A DNA stretch of 62,465 nt, counting the filler, from Stramenopiles sp. TOSAG23-2 (Eukaryota): NCBI GenBank assembly GCA_900128395.1. It is 7 parts of 7 records of this genome, joined end to end, with 100 filler letters (N's around TTAATTAATTAA, not from the genome) between each part and the next. Parts side by side here need not be neighbours in the genome. Positions count along the whole stretch, not along the records: positions 26,886 to 35,708 come from LT650159.1; positions 35,809 to 44,630 come from LT650160.1; positions 44,731 to 53,551 come from LT650161.1; 4 more parts are not named here. The stretch is one strand, 5' to 3'. The notes beneath the pieces are model-generated. The model was not told where the DNA came from, ran no database searches, and saw nothing but the letters and a program-made list of their open reading frames with translations. Made by a program: the position numbers and the translations under genes. Below, one piece after another: positions 35,521 to 45,882 of this stretch; within the stretch, counting starts at the first letter, position 1; each line of letters starts with the position of its first letter.

Positions 35521-35708
35521 GAAAGTCCTTCTTGATGCCCGACTTTCCTTGTTGCCTCTGATATTTTTTTGTAACTCGAACCTTTATTGTTGTGCCTATC
35601 TTTATAAGACTTTTAGTACGATCAATTGCTTCTACGTTGTTATCACTGCGGCGTCTTTTTTTATTTACTTTCAACGAAGAAGAAGAACCATTTCCAGCTT
35701 GTTGTTCC

Positions 35709-35808
35709 NNNNNNNNNNNNNNNNNNNNNNNNNNNNNNNNNNNNNNNNNNNNTTAATTAATTAANNNNNNNNNNNNNNNNNNNNNNNNNNNNNNNNNNNN
35801 NNNNNNNN
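35709..35808. other. Artificial contig linker
   Basis: N44-TTAATTAATTAA-N44. Confidence 0.99.
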
Positions 35809-36778
35809 GTTGACATAATGCAAATTTTATATATCTGATGAAATTTCTCAATTTTCGTACCCACTTTGGCGGAAGTTCTCAAAATGAAAATAAAATTGGC
35901 AAAAATATTCATGTTTGAGGTGTTATAGAATTGTAGTATAAATGTTGTAGTCTAATTTACATATTTTCGACAATATACTTAAAACGTGAGTACATCGATT
36001 TTTCTATCAAGTAGTATTCTTAAAAAGATGTTTTTTTGCCCTGCAGGTGAATAGCATTATAAAAATTACATGAACACAGGCCGTTCAACACTTTTTTTTG
36101 GTTGATTTTTGTTTGGAATTTTGATGTCTAAAAAAAATTACGATAAAATTGATGTTTTTCTTCCCCCTAAATCCACTAAACACCTTTCGATACGAAAACA
36201 AAAGGCCTCTTAGTTTTCGCACGGCTGTACAACAAAAAATACATGCATTTTTTACATTGTTATTAGTGTTAAAAGTTTGGTAATACAACGAACCCTACAA
36301 AATGCATTTTCTTCGCATTCCAGGCATTCCTTTTTTTCCTTTTACATCAAATGCAACAAAACATAGCAATCCTCAAATAAAATTTGGACCAGATTATGGA
36401 TATTTTTATTTTATTTATTTATTTATTTCGATATTTTGGTTTCTTGTTTGTTCCTGCCTTTTAATTAAGTCTATCCTATTAGTATTGTAATTGAAATGAA
36501 AATGAACATTGTAAAAAACTATGTAAAAAAATGGAGATTGGAATGCCTGAAATGTGCAAATGCCGTGAAGAATCGAACAAAGCACCAAAGCCAACGCAAT
36601 TCACCTCAGAAAAGAAGCACAAAAGTTCATTTAAAAAATAATAAAATAAAATTATATAAAAGTTGCAAAAATAGAAAATGTACGTACTATAGCAAAAAAA
36701 CAACAGAAAAAAAAACAACAACAAAAAGTTGTGGGAAAAGGTGGTGAATAATTGAACACATACGCAAGAAATACAAAC

Positions 36779-37107
36779 ATGGTTCGTGGACATGCAAAAG
36801 AAGCTGCACAGGTAAGTAAAAAAAAAAATATATAAAATGTACACAAAAACAAAATATACATTATTAAATGTAAATAACTAACATTTGTAAATATAACAAT
36901 AATTATAATTATAACTAGCAAAAACGTGCAAAACAAATGGCAAAACAAAAGAAAGCCACATCTACAAAAGGACAAGACACAAAAGGTGATTGGGCTGCTG
37001 CTCAAGAAGAACGTAAAAAGAAAAAAGCAGCAAAGGAAGAGGCGGCGAAAAAAAAAGCTGCAAAAGATGCTAAAAAACTAAAACAACAACAAAAAAAGAA
37101 AAAGTAA
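36779..37107 (+). CDS. Small 4F5/SERF/ZNF706-N-like basic protein (73 aa), exons 36779..36811 and 36919..37107
   Basis: MVRGHAKEAAQ|QKRAKQMAK...; intron 36812..36918 with GTAAGT donor, CTAAC branch point and TAG acceptor, phase 0; TAA at 37105. Confidence 0.8.
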
Positions 37108-37609
37108 AAAATGAATATTATAATTGATGAGGTTTTTGAGAGGATTAATCTGGATACGTCTTTACGTAAACACATTCATATTTATATTATCATATATAAT
37201 TTTAGCAATCTCCCTGGGATCTCTCCAAATGTGAAATAAAAGTGCGTGTGTGATTATATAATATAAATTTTAGTATTATAGACTGTTATTATATATATAT
37301 GATAGCTTTAAAACAACCATGACATGTACACCACCCGCACTTTTTAATGTTTTGTTTTATATTTACGAACACACACTCGCACACATAGTTTTATATTTTT
37401 CTCCAATTTTTTTTCCTTTTTCTAATTTTTGATAAAACTGAAAACATTACATCATATTATTTCATAGCATATATGTATGTGAATTGTTGAAATGCATAAC
37501 CACACACACATATCAATATAATTAATATCTACCGAGAAGTAATTTTACTATTCGCTTTAAGTATCCTTACACAATTACATATCATCAAAGTATTATATAC
37601 ACAAACAAA

Positions 37610-38405
37610 TTATAAACCTATGTTTGACATTATAGTACGAACACGTTCTTCATCTTCATCTAAACATGCTTTATTAAAAACTAATTGGGGTTGAAATTCA
37701 GGATTTAATAAACGTGTTAAATTTGTCTATGTTTGACATTATAGTACGAACACGTTCTTCATCTTCATCTAAACATGCTTTATTAAAAACTAATTGGGGT
37801 TGAAATTCAGGATTTAATAAACGTGTTAAATTTGTTGCTTCAACACTATTTGGAATTTTTAATATTAAATTATTTAATTCCTCCGCTTCTTGTTGTTTTT
37901 TACGTCGACGTCTTGATATTATACGTCGTTTTGCTTCTGCAGCTTTTTTTTTACCTTTCCTCTTATCAATTGTAACTCTTTCTTCTTTTAATTTTTTTTC
38001 ATTTAATATCTTTTCTTGTTCCATTTTTTCTTTTAATATTTTTTTACGTACACGTTCTTGACACATCATTGCCATAGTAATTGGATCTATTTTTTCTCTT
38101 ACAACTTTTTTTCTTCGGACATCATCTTGTTCCTCATCTTCTGATGTTGGTGAATTGTTGTTATATCCTTTTTTACCTTTCTTTTTCTTTTTATTTACAG
38201 CTTTTTTTTTCGGTGGAGACAAACCATTTAAAGCACGTTCATACATACGTTTATCATATGCATCTTGTTTTTCTTTTTCAACAGCTTCTTCATATATATC
38301 TAGTTCTGAAAATAATTCTGATTTTAATTGTTCACCTAATATATCACCAACTGCTAATTGTCTACGTCGTTGTGCAGCTAATTGATGTCGTGCGCCTAAA
38401 TGCAT
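37610..38405 (-). CDS. Hypothetical basic coiled-coil protein; C-terminus affected by a tandem duplication
   Basis: 235-aa ORF; region 37618..37725 duplicates 37727..37834; removing it gives ...RTIMSNIGL* ending at 37610. Confidence 0.6.
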
Positions 38406-38702
38406 ATTGTTTTAAAGATGATTGGATTAAATATGTTTTGATGAAGAATAGATGATGATCTATTTTTGTATATGAATGTATGTATATATTATGTCGTGCG
38501 CCTAAATGCATATTGTTTTAAAGATGATTGGATTAAATATGTTTTGATGAAGAATAGATGATGATCTATTTTTGTATATGAATGTATGTATATATATAAA
38601 TTATATTATACAGTACCTACTCTTATAAAAGGTATATGTTTTTTTTGTATTTTTATTTTGTCATTTTTTAATTGTATAACGTCTTTGATTTTCACTCCTG
38701 GC

Positions 38703-38969
38703 ACTGACCTGGCGACTGGACAATTTTCGGGAGATACAAATTTTTAGTTATACTTAAACACTATATTGAACTATCAAATACACAAATTAAATCGGTTTTC
38801 AATGGTATATCCTACTCGATTCCCTTCGTTCTTCCCTGCTACAGACCATACCTTAAAATATGAGTAGGTATATCCTGTTGTGGCGTGAGTTTTGTGAATT
38901 TGATAGGCAATACAGTGATTAAGTATACTAAAAAAATTGTAACCGAAAATTGACCGTGGCTGGCACAGT
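38703..38969. mobile_element. MITE-like long imperfect inverted repeat (arms about 110 bp)
   Basis: caattttcgg..tacaaatttttagttatacttaaacactatattg..ctatcaaatacacaaa matches the reverse complement of 38890..38952; inner ggtatatcctactc pairs with gagtaggtatatcc. Confidence 0.6.
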
Positions 38970-39571
38970 AAAATTAAAAGTTGAAGAATTTCCTATATCA
39001 TACAGTATACTACAAAGTATAGTATAGTATGGATAGAATAATCCTGAAAACGAATAGAATAGCATAAGAATAGCATTATACTAGAGTTGTAGGGTTCAGG
39101 CGGATTAAAATCTACCTAAGGCAAGCTGCTGTCAAGGTGAAAACAAATACAAGTAGCTACAACGCATGTATAAATGATTTGTGTACATAATCCTAAGGCA
39201 AGCTGCTGTCAAGGTGAAAACAAATACAAGTAGCTACAACGCATGTATAAATGATTTGTGTACATAATCCCTTAATCATCCTCATAAATACCTTAAACCC
39301 CCCCCCCACCAACTCCCGCACCACTCTTCCGTTCAACAGCTTCATATATTGTACACATTTATATATATAGAATCATAAACATGTACATATTGACAGACGA
39401 CAGACAGATAGATAGACAAACACCAAACAGAAGAGAAACTACACCACCCATTTGATCATTCTTCTTTTTCTTCCTCCTCCTACGTATAGAAACATATTGC
39501 ATTCTATATACACACACGCATAATATAATATATATCTATTCAGTACAAACAAAAAATTATTAACAGCAACC

Positions 39572-40498
39572 ATGACGGATTATTATAAAATATTAAATAT
39601 AAGACGGGATGCAACTTTGGATGAAGTTAGAAATGCATATCGTGTATTATCAATGTCATGGAATCCAATGAAAAATAACAATTCAGATGAAGCAGCAAAC
39701 ATGTTCCAAACCGTTGCGGAAGCATATGATGTATTGAGTACACCACAATATCGTGGTATTTATGATTTAAGAGGATCACGTGGTTTAAGCGAAGAAAATT
39801 ATGTATTATCACGAACACCAGAAAAAATATTTTCCAAATTTTTTGGAACATCAAATCCATTTGCACAAGTAACATTTAGCAGTGCATTTGTTGATGAGGA
39901 AACAAAAAGACAAAGCAATGTATTGTCCGTGCGCACTGCAGAGGCAGGCGTCGTTCTTAATTGCACATTAGAAGAATTGTATTGTGGTGCACAAAAATAT
40001 GCAAATGTTCCAACCATGTCATTAGCTGGGGAAGTGGTTGAAAAAACAATATTGGTCGATGTAAAACCAGGTAGTACCAATGGCAGTACATTCTTGTATA
40101 AAACTGTTGGAAATCATGACAAAGGGAAAGAACCAGGTGATGTGAAATTTACAATCAATCAATTGCCACATAGTTTATTCGAAGTCTCTGGCTCCAATTT
40201 GCATTACAAAGCAACGATTACATTGTCAGAAGCAATGGGTAATTGTTTGATTGATGTTCCAACGTTGGATGGACGTGGTGTATGTGTTGAATATGGTGAA
40301 GTCATTGCACCAAATGACGTGAAAGTTGTTGCTGGTGAAGGTATGCCTAATGGAAATGGTGGTTATGGCGATTTAATCATCCGTTTCGAAGTTACATTTC
40401 CAAAACATTTGGAATTAGACCAAAAAGAAACAATACGTAGTGTTTTAAGTGGCAAGCCATGTAAGTTTAGATGGGGTACTCAATCCAATAAGAAATAA
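39572..40498 (+). CDS. DNAJB13: Type II DnaJ/Hsp40, DNAJB13/RSP16-like (HPD replaced by NPM)
   Basis: DYYKILNI, AEAYDVLS, FFGTSNPF, CTLEELYCG, PGDV.F, VPTLDGR, GEGMP...GDLII.F...FP. Confidence 0.75.
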   Translation: MTDYYKILNIRRDATLDEVRNAYRVLSMSWNPMKNNNSDEAANMFQTVAEAYDVLSTPQYRGIYDLRGSRGLSEENYVLSRTPEKIFSKFFGTSNPFAQVTFSSAFVDEETKRQSNVLSVRTAEAGVVLNCTLEELYCGAQKYANVPTMSLAGEVVEKTILVDVKPGSTNGSTFLYKTVGNHDKGKEPGDVKFTINQLPHSLFEVSGSNLHYKATITLSEAMGNCLIDVPTLDGRGVCVEYGEVIAPNDVKVVAGEGMPNGNGGYGDLIIRFEVTFPKHLELDQKETIRSVLSGKPCKFRWGTQSNKK

Positions 40499-41066
40499 AC
40501 ATGTGTATTAAATATAAAACATTTTTTATTATAAAAATATTAATGCCGATGATGATGCGTATGTAAATAATCTTATTATACGAGGTGTAGTTATCGGATT
40601 AATACTGATAATCAAAATAAGAGACATGGAAAGGGGGACTATAAAATAATATTTAAAAAAACATTGAGACAAAACGTCACACCTGAGCAGAGAGACAGAG
40701 AGAGAGTGTGTGTGCATTGAGACAAAACGTCACACCTGAGCAGAGAGACAGAGAGAGAGAGTGTGTGCATTATTCATAAATAAACAACAGAGACAAATAT
40801 TTTTAAAACTTTTATAAAATTTTAAAAAGACGTAAGAGTACAAATGTAAAAAGAGAATAATAAATCTTCTAAAGTATGCATATATATATTTACATTGATT
40901 TTTATCACCCTCTCTGGCTTCTAATTTTTTTACCGAACGGTTCATACTTTTTTACTTTTGAATATTAAAATCTCGTAATATATACATATGCTGCATTAAA
41001 ACAAGATTCTCGTTTTCATTGGAAATCTTGTCCATTGCCTCTCCATTTTACCACAATTTCTTTTTT

Positions 41067-42053
41067 TTAACAACCAAAGAAAAATGATAATTGTTTTACC
41101 ATTTTACCTCTACCACGTTGACGACTTAATTCATATGCTAAATCCGTGACAGGATCATATTTATCATCTTCAATCGTTGAATTTGTTCTTTTTAAAATAA
41201 TTTGTCTTGCAGCATTTTCTTCCAAAATACGAAATGTTTCTTCATCATCATTTTGTTTTTCTTTTGTATGATTAATCGTATCATCATTATTATTACCAAT
41301 AAATTCAACATTAATTGGGGATGGTAAACCTCCTTGACGATTTAATAATGCAATTGCATCTTCATTATTATTTTTAATACTAGTATTATTATTATTATTA
41401 GTAGTAGTAGATAATAATTGTTGTTGTTTTGCTAAAAAATCATATTTTCGTAAATGCATCATATATAATTCTTTTTCAAGTTGACGAACATTTTGTACAA
41501 GGTTTTTATTACGTAAACTTTCTGTTTCATGTCTTGCTTTCCAATCATCAATTTCAGCATTTAATGTGTTCTTATCGCTTACAAATTGATTATTTAATTG
41601 TATACGATCTTTCGCCATATGTTCCAATCGCGACTCCAAGTCATTATTGATATTTTCCATACTACGAGCATGTTGTTGTGTTTGATTAAGTTGATTTTGT
41701 AACTGCTTAATTGCATTTTGACATTCGACTATCTTTGCATCTTTTTGTGCTAATTCTTCATGTTGTATTTGTTCGAAATACGCACGATCTTCTGCAGATA
41801 CATAGCTTCCAGGATTTACATGATGATGTATGATACTATTATGGTGGTTACTATGACCGTTAATAATATGTGCAGCATTGTTGTTGTTATTATTATTACT
41901 CATAAAACTATTATGTGGATGATGTTTTGAATATAAAGCACGTTGTCTTGGTGATATATGATGCGACGATGAGGACGATGAGCCATATATATCTGGTAAA
42001 ATGGATGATTGTGCTTGATGCATATGCATTGGTATTGTTTCTGTTTTAATCAT
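41067..42053 (-). CDS. Hypothetical coiled-coil protein
   Basis: 328-aa ORF with His/Asn-rich N-terminus and central heptad repeats (NNDLESRLEHMA...LEKELYMM..RKY). Confidence 0.7.
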   Translation of the reverse strand: MIKTETIPMHMHQAQSSILPDIYGSSSSSSHHISPRQRALYSKHHPHNSFMSNNNNNNNAAHIINGHSNHHNSIIHHHVNPGSYVSAEDRAYFEQIQHEELAQKDAKIVECQNAIKQLQNQLNQTQQHARSMENINNDLESRLEHMAKDRIQLNNQFVSDKNTLNAEIDDWKARHETESLRNKNLVQNVRQLEKELYMMHLRKYDFLAKQQQLLSTTTNNNNNTSIKNNNEDAIALLNRQGGLPSPINVEFIGNNNDDTINHTKEKQNDDEETFRILEENAARQIILKRTNSTIEDDKYDPVTDLAYELSRQRGRGKMVKQLSFFFGC

Positions 42054-43782
42054 GTTTTGTTTTCTTTCTTTTTTTTTTTACACAATTATATTACAAATAA
42101 ATGTTTGTTTTGACAATTATTTTCGTCTAAAATCTTACAAAATCTTAATGAAAAGAAGAAGAAGAATTTGGAAAAAAAAAAATTAATTCTTCTAATAAAA
42201 AAAATTTAATAATGGATAGCTAAATTTGACAATGTTTTTCTAATTTATTTTTGTTTCTTTCACACACGGATACTTTATGAACTAATGTATACTTGATTTT
42301 CACACAAAAGCAATATACATCTAATATATGTATTTCAGTCGTTATTGTTTGTTTTTAGTAAGATCGCGTGTTGTAATCTTAGTGCTATTTGGCTGCTATT
42401 TCGCTGGACTGAATCTTGTAACCGAGGATGAACTCGTATTTTAGTATAGCAGGCAAATAGGACTAAGAAATTTCTGGAACATTTCTTTACATCAGCGCAT
42501 CATCCGTAAATGGAACACGCTCAATTTACACATTCTGATACTAGATTAATAGGCAAATAGGACTAAGAAATTTCTGGAACATTTCTTTACATCAGCGCAT
42601 CATCCGTAAATGGAACACGCTCAATTTACACATTCTGATACTAGATTAATGACGATTTAGAGTACAGAAATATCATACTAATTGTGCACTTCAATCCGTA
42701 TTTTACAAAATAATAGTGCAGCGATACTTTATTTTAGAAATAGATTTTAAAGTTAATGCTTTTCAACAATTTATTTTTAAAAACAGAAGACTTGAAAGAA
42801 TACATAATAACTTTCCACTGTTCGTTAATGAATCTTTTTTATATTTCCTAGGTTTTTCACTTGGATTATTTTCAATAGTAATACTTGCAAATGGTTCTTT
42901 ATACTTTTCTAGAATAATAATAACTTCATAGAATTTTTAAACTTATCTAGACGATATGCTTGTGAGGGAAACAATCCAAAATATATTATATTATACCAGA
43001 TACCACCATGGTAGCACGATACACCAAATAACACCAAATCACAAAATAACAAAATCATTAGTTCGAAATAATAGTGCTATAGTTCTAATAGTGTTGTGAT
43101 TGATTTTGCTCATTGATAATTTCTTGTTTATTCCATTTATATATCAAATATCCGATATATTTATATTACAATAACAGTGTTGATATTATATTATTAGATG
43201 TACTATTCTATTGTTAGTGTATATAAATTATTCCACATATAATCCATTATAATTTACATTGAATCACTCTTTTGATCGATAAAACACTAGTTGGATTGGA
43301 TTTTATTTACGTATTACGTATGGCATTGTAGTAGGTAGTAAAAGAGAAAATCAAATGATTCACTCAACAAGACAAACAAAAACAAGTATAACAACATACA
43401 GATTGAAACAAAGACAAACATCACATATATTTTTTTGAAGACATATAGAAAATCTTGACCGTGTTTGTTGAGATAGTTTTCACTGAAAAATAAATAATAA
43501 TAAGAATTAAGAAAAAATTAAGAATTGGTGTTATAAATTATAAATTTAACAAAATCACAAAAATCATTATATTAATTAAAAATTGTGTTATAAGTTAATA
43601 AAATCAATTATAATATTTGTGATTTATATAGAACATTCTGAAAAAGAACGAACAAATTCGTATTTTATAACAAATTTAATATAGTAATTACGACTTGTGA
43701 TATATATACATATATATATATATATAGAACAGTTGCAACAAAACAAACGAAGAAAAAAAAACAACAAACTGAGCTACCAACG

Positions 43783-44630
43783 ATGCTTAAAAAAATCATT
43801 ACGACAATATATTTCATATATGCCATTTTTATGACATCATTTGGTGAAGTATATGGCACCACGGTTTGGGATTGTGCATCGTCAACAAATACAGGAACAT
43901 TTACACGTTCAACCGTTTGTACAATATCAGGTAATAATCACGTTGCCGTATCAAATACGTTAGAAATTAATGGTACAAATACAGATATGAATAATTTAAT
44001 TACGATAACTGCTGCGACCAATAAACGTCATTTTTATTTAAATAATGCAAATGCTAAATTAATATTACGTTATTTAAAATTAGTTGGTGGGGATGTTAGT
44101 AGTTATAGCAGTTCTCCTGACTCTACTGGTGGATCAATATGTATTTATACAAACGGTGGTGAATTAAATTTGTATTCATCTATTATATTTAATAATAAAG
44201 GAGGTGAGGATGGTGGTGGAATATATGCATATGGTGAAAGTGATACGAATAAGAATGCGATTATGAATATATATAATAGTATTATTCATAATAATGAAGC
44301 TGCTGTTAATGGTGGTGGTATTCGTATGACCTATGCTGTTGCTACTATTGTTAATACTACAATAGATAATAATCAAGCTAGTCAGTATGATGGTGGTGGT
44401 ATGTATATATTTACCAGTGATGTAACAATGAAGAATACAATCATATCAAATAATGATGCTCTTAATGGAGGCGGCCTATATATAGCATGGGATAGCACAG
44501 TCACCCTCCGTCAATCATCATTTATCAATAATGATGCAACTAATCTTGGTGATGAAATACATACATATAAATCACCAACCATATCATTAATAAATACATA
44601 TTTCAACAATCCAAATAATAATAATAATAT
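43783..44630 (+). CDS. Secreted/surface right-handed beta-helix (PMP/pectin-lyase-like repeat) protein, 3' truncated
   Basis: N-terminal hydrophobic signal; repeated N.A..GGG(I/M/L)Y and FINN.A motifs. Confidence 0.8.
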
Positions 44631-44730
44631 NNNNNNNNNNNNNNNNNNNNNNNNNNNNNNNNNNNNNNNNNNNNTTAATTAATTAANNNNNNNNNNNNNN
44701 NNNNNNNNNNNNNNNNNNNNNNNNNNNNNN
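44631..44730. other. Artificial contig linker
   Basis: N44-TTAATTAATTAA-N44. Confidence 0.99.
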
Positions 44731-45576
44731 TCACCTCGTTGTACCGAGTACAGCATATGTATACTCAGGTGTAGGAACTTTCCCCCTATCTGATGATGCT
44801 CGTGAATAACTATCTATTTGAAATCTACTTTTTTGATAGCAGGAACTACTAGTAAAATGCCGCATAAGTACCACATTGGTATTCTATACTTGCAAAGTGT
44901 TTTAGAATACATAGATTCTTAGATGGTTCACCTTATGCTATAAAAGCTCCTTAACCATTTTCTAGTCATCTTCGAAATCCCCTGTTCTACCACATTTCTG
45001 ATCAAAATTGTGGTAGAATAGCACGACCATTTTGTATACTTATAATCCCTATCTAAACTATTAAGGCATATCTAGCTCTGTAAATAAATTAATTATTTGG
45101 CCTCGATTGCATGATGCAAATAATATAGAATTATAATACTATTTCAAGTATAGGATCAGCGGTGCTAGTAGACGACTATCCTCTGTAAATAAATTAATTA
45201 TTTGGCCTCGATTGCATGATGCAAATAATATAGAATTATTTCTAGCATTACCTTAAAAATAGTACTACAAAAACTTAATAGTAGCTACCTCCTATTTATT
45301 TCACTACAAAAACTTAATAGTAGTACTCACGTTACAAAAACTTATCGGAAATTCTTATTCGTATATTCATTTGATTCATGGCTATTTTTGGATTTTTTGT
45401 ACACTTAAAATCGCGATGAAAAAAAAACTTTTCAAAAACAACATTTTATAAAATAAAATAACGGTGCTAACGTGTTAACCGCTGAGATGAACAACATGTA
45501 AATACCATTAAGAGCATGACTTATCAAACATATATATATCAAGAGATGTACATATACAAAGATAGAAAAAGTATTT

Positions 45577-45850
45577 GAAAGTGATAGATACGTACATTCG
45601 TAGATATAAATCCCAAGTAACATAAATACAGTGATAGATATTAATAATACAGTGATAGATACGAAACAAATCCCAAGTAACATAAATACAGTGATAGATA
45701 TTAATAATACAGTGATAGATACGCACATTAATAGATACGAATCCAAGTAAGATAATACAGTGATAGATACGAAACTCCAAGTAAGATAATAAACAGTGTG
45801 ATAGATATAAATTCAAGTAAGATAATACATTATTCCAAGTAAAATAATCT
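45577..45850. repeat. Minisatellite of alternating CAGTGATAGATA and CCAAGTAA(C/G)ATAA subunits directly upstream of the MAPK start
   Basis: About 7 GTGATAGATA and about 6 CAAGTAA units; a 60-bp unit is duplicated at 45608/45668. Confidence 0.85.
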
Positions 45851-45882
45851 TCTCTCCGATATAGACATATTAGAGTTACGAA

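Noticed and set aside
45628-45770. tetO-like CAGTGATAGA matches
   Set aside because: Only half of the operator matches, no palindrome; part of a native minisatellite
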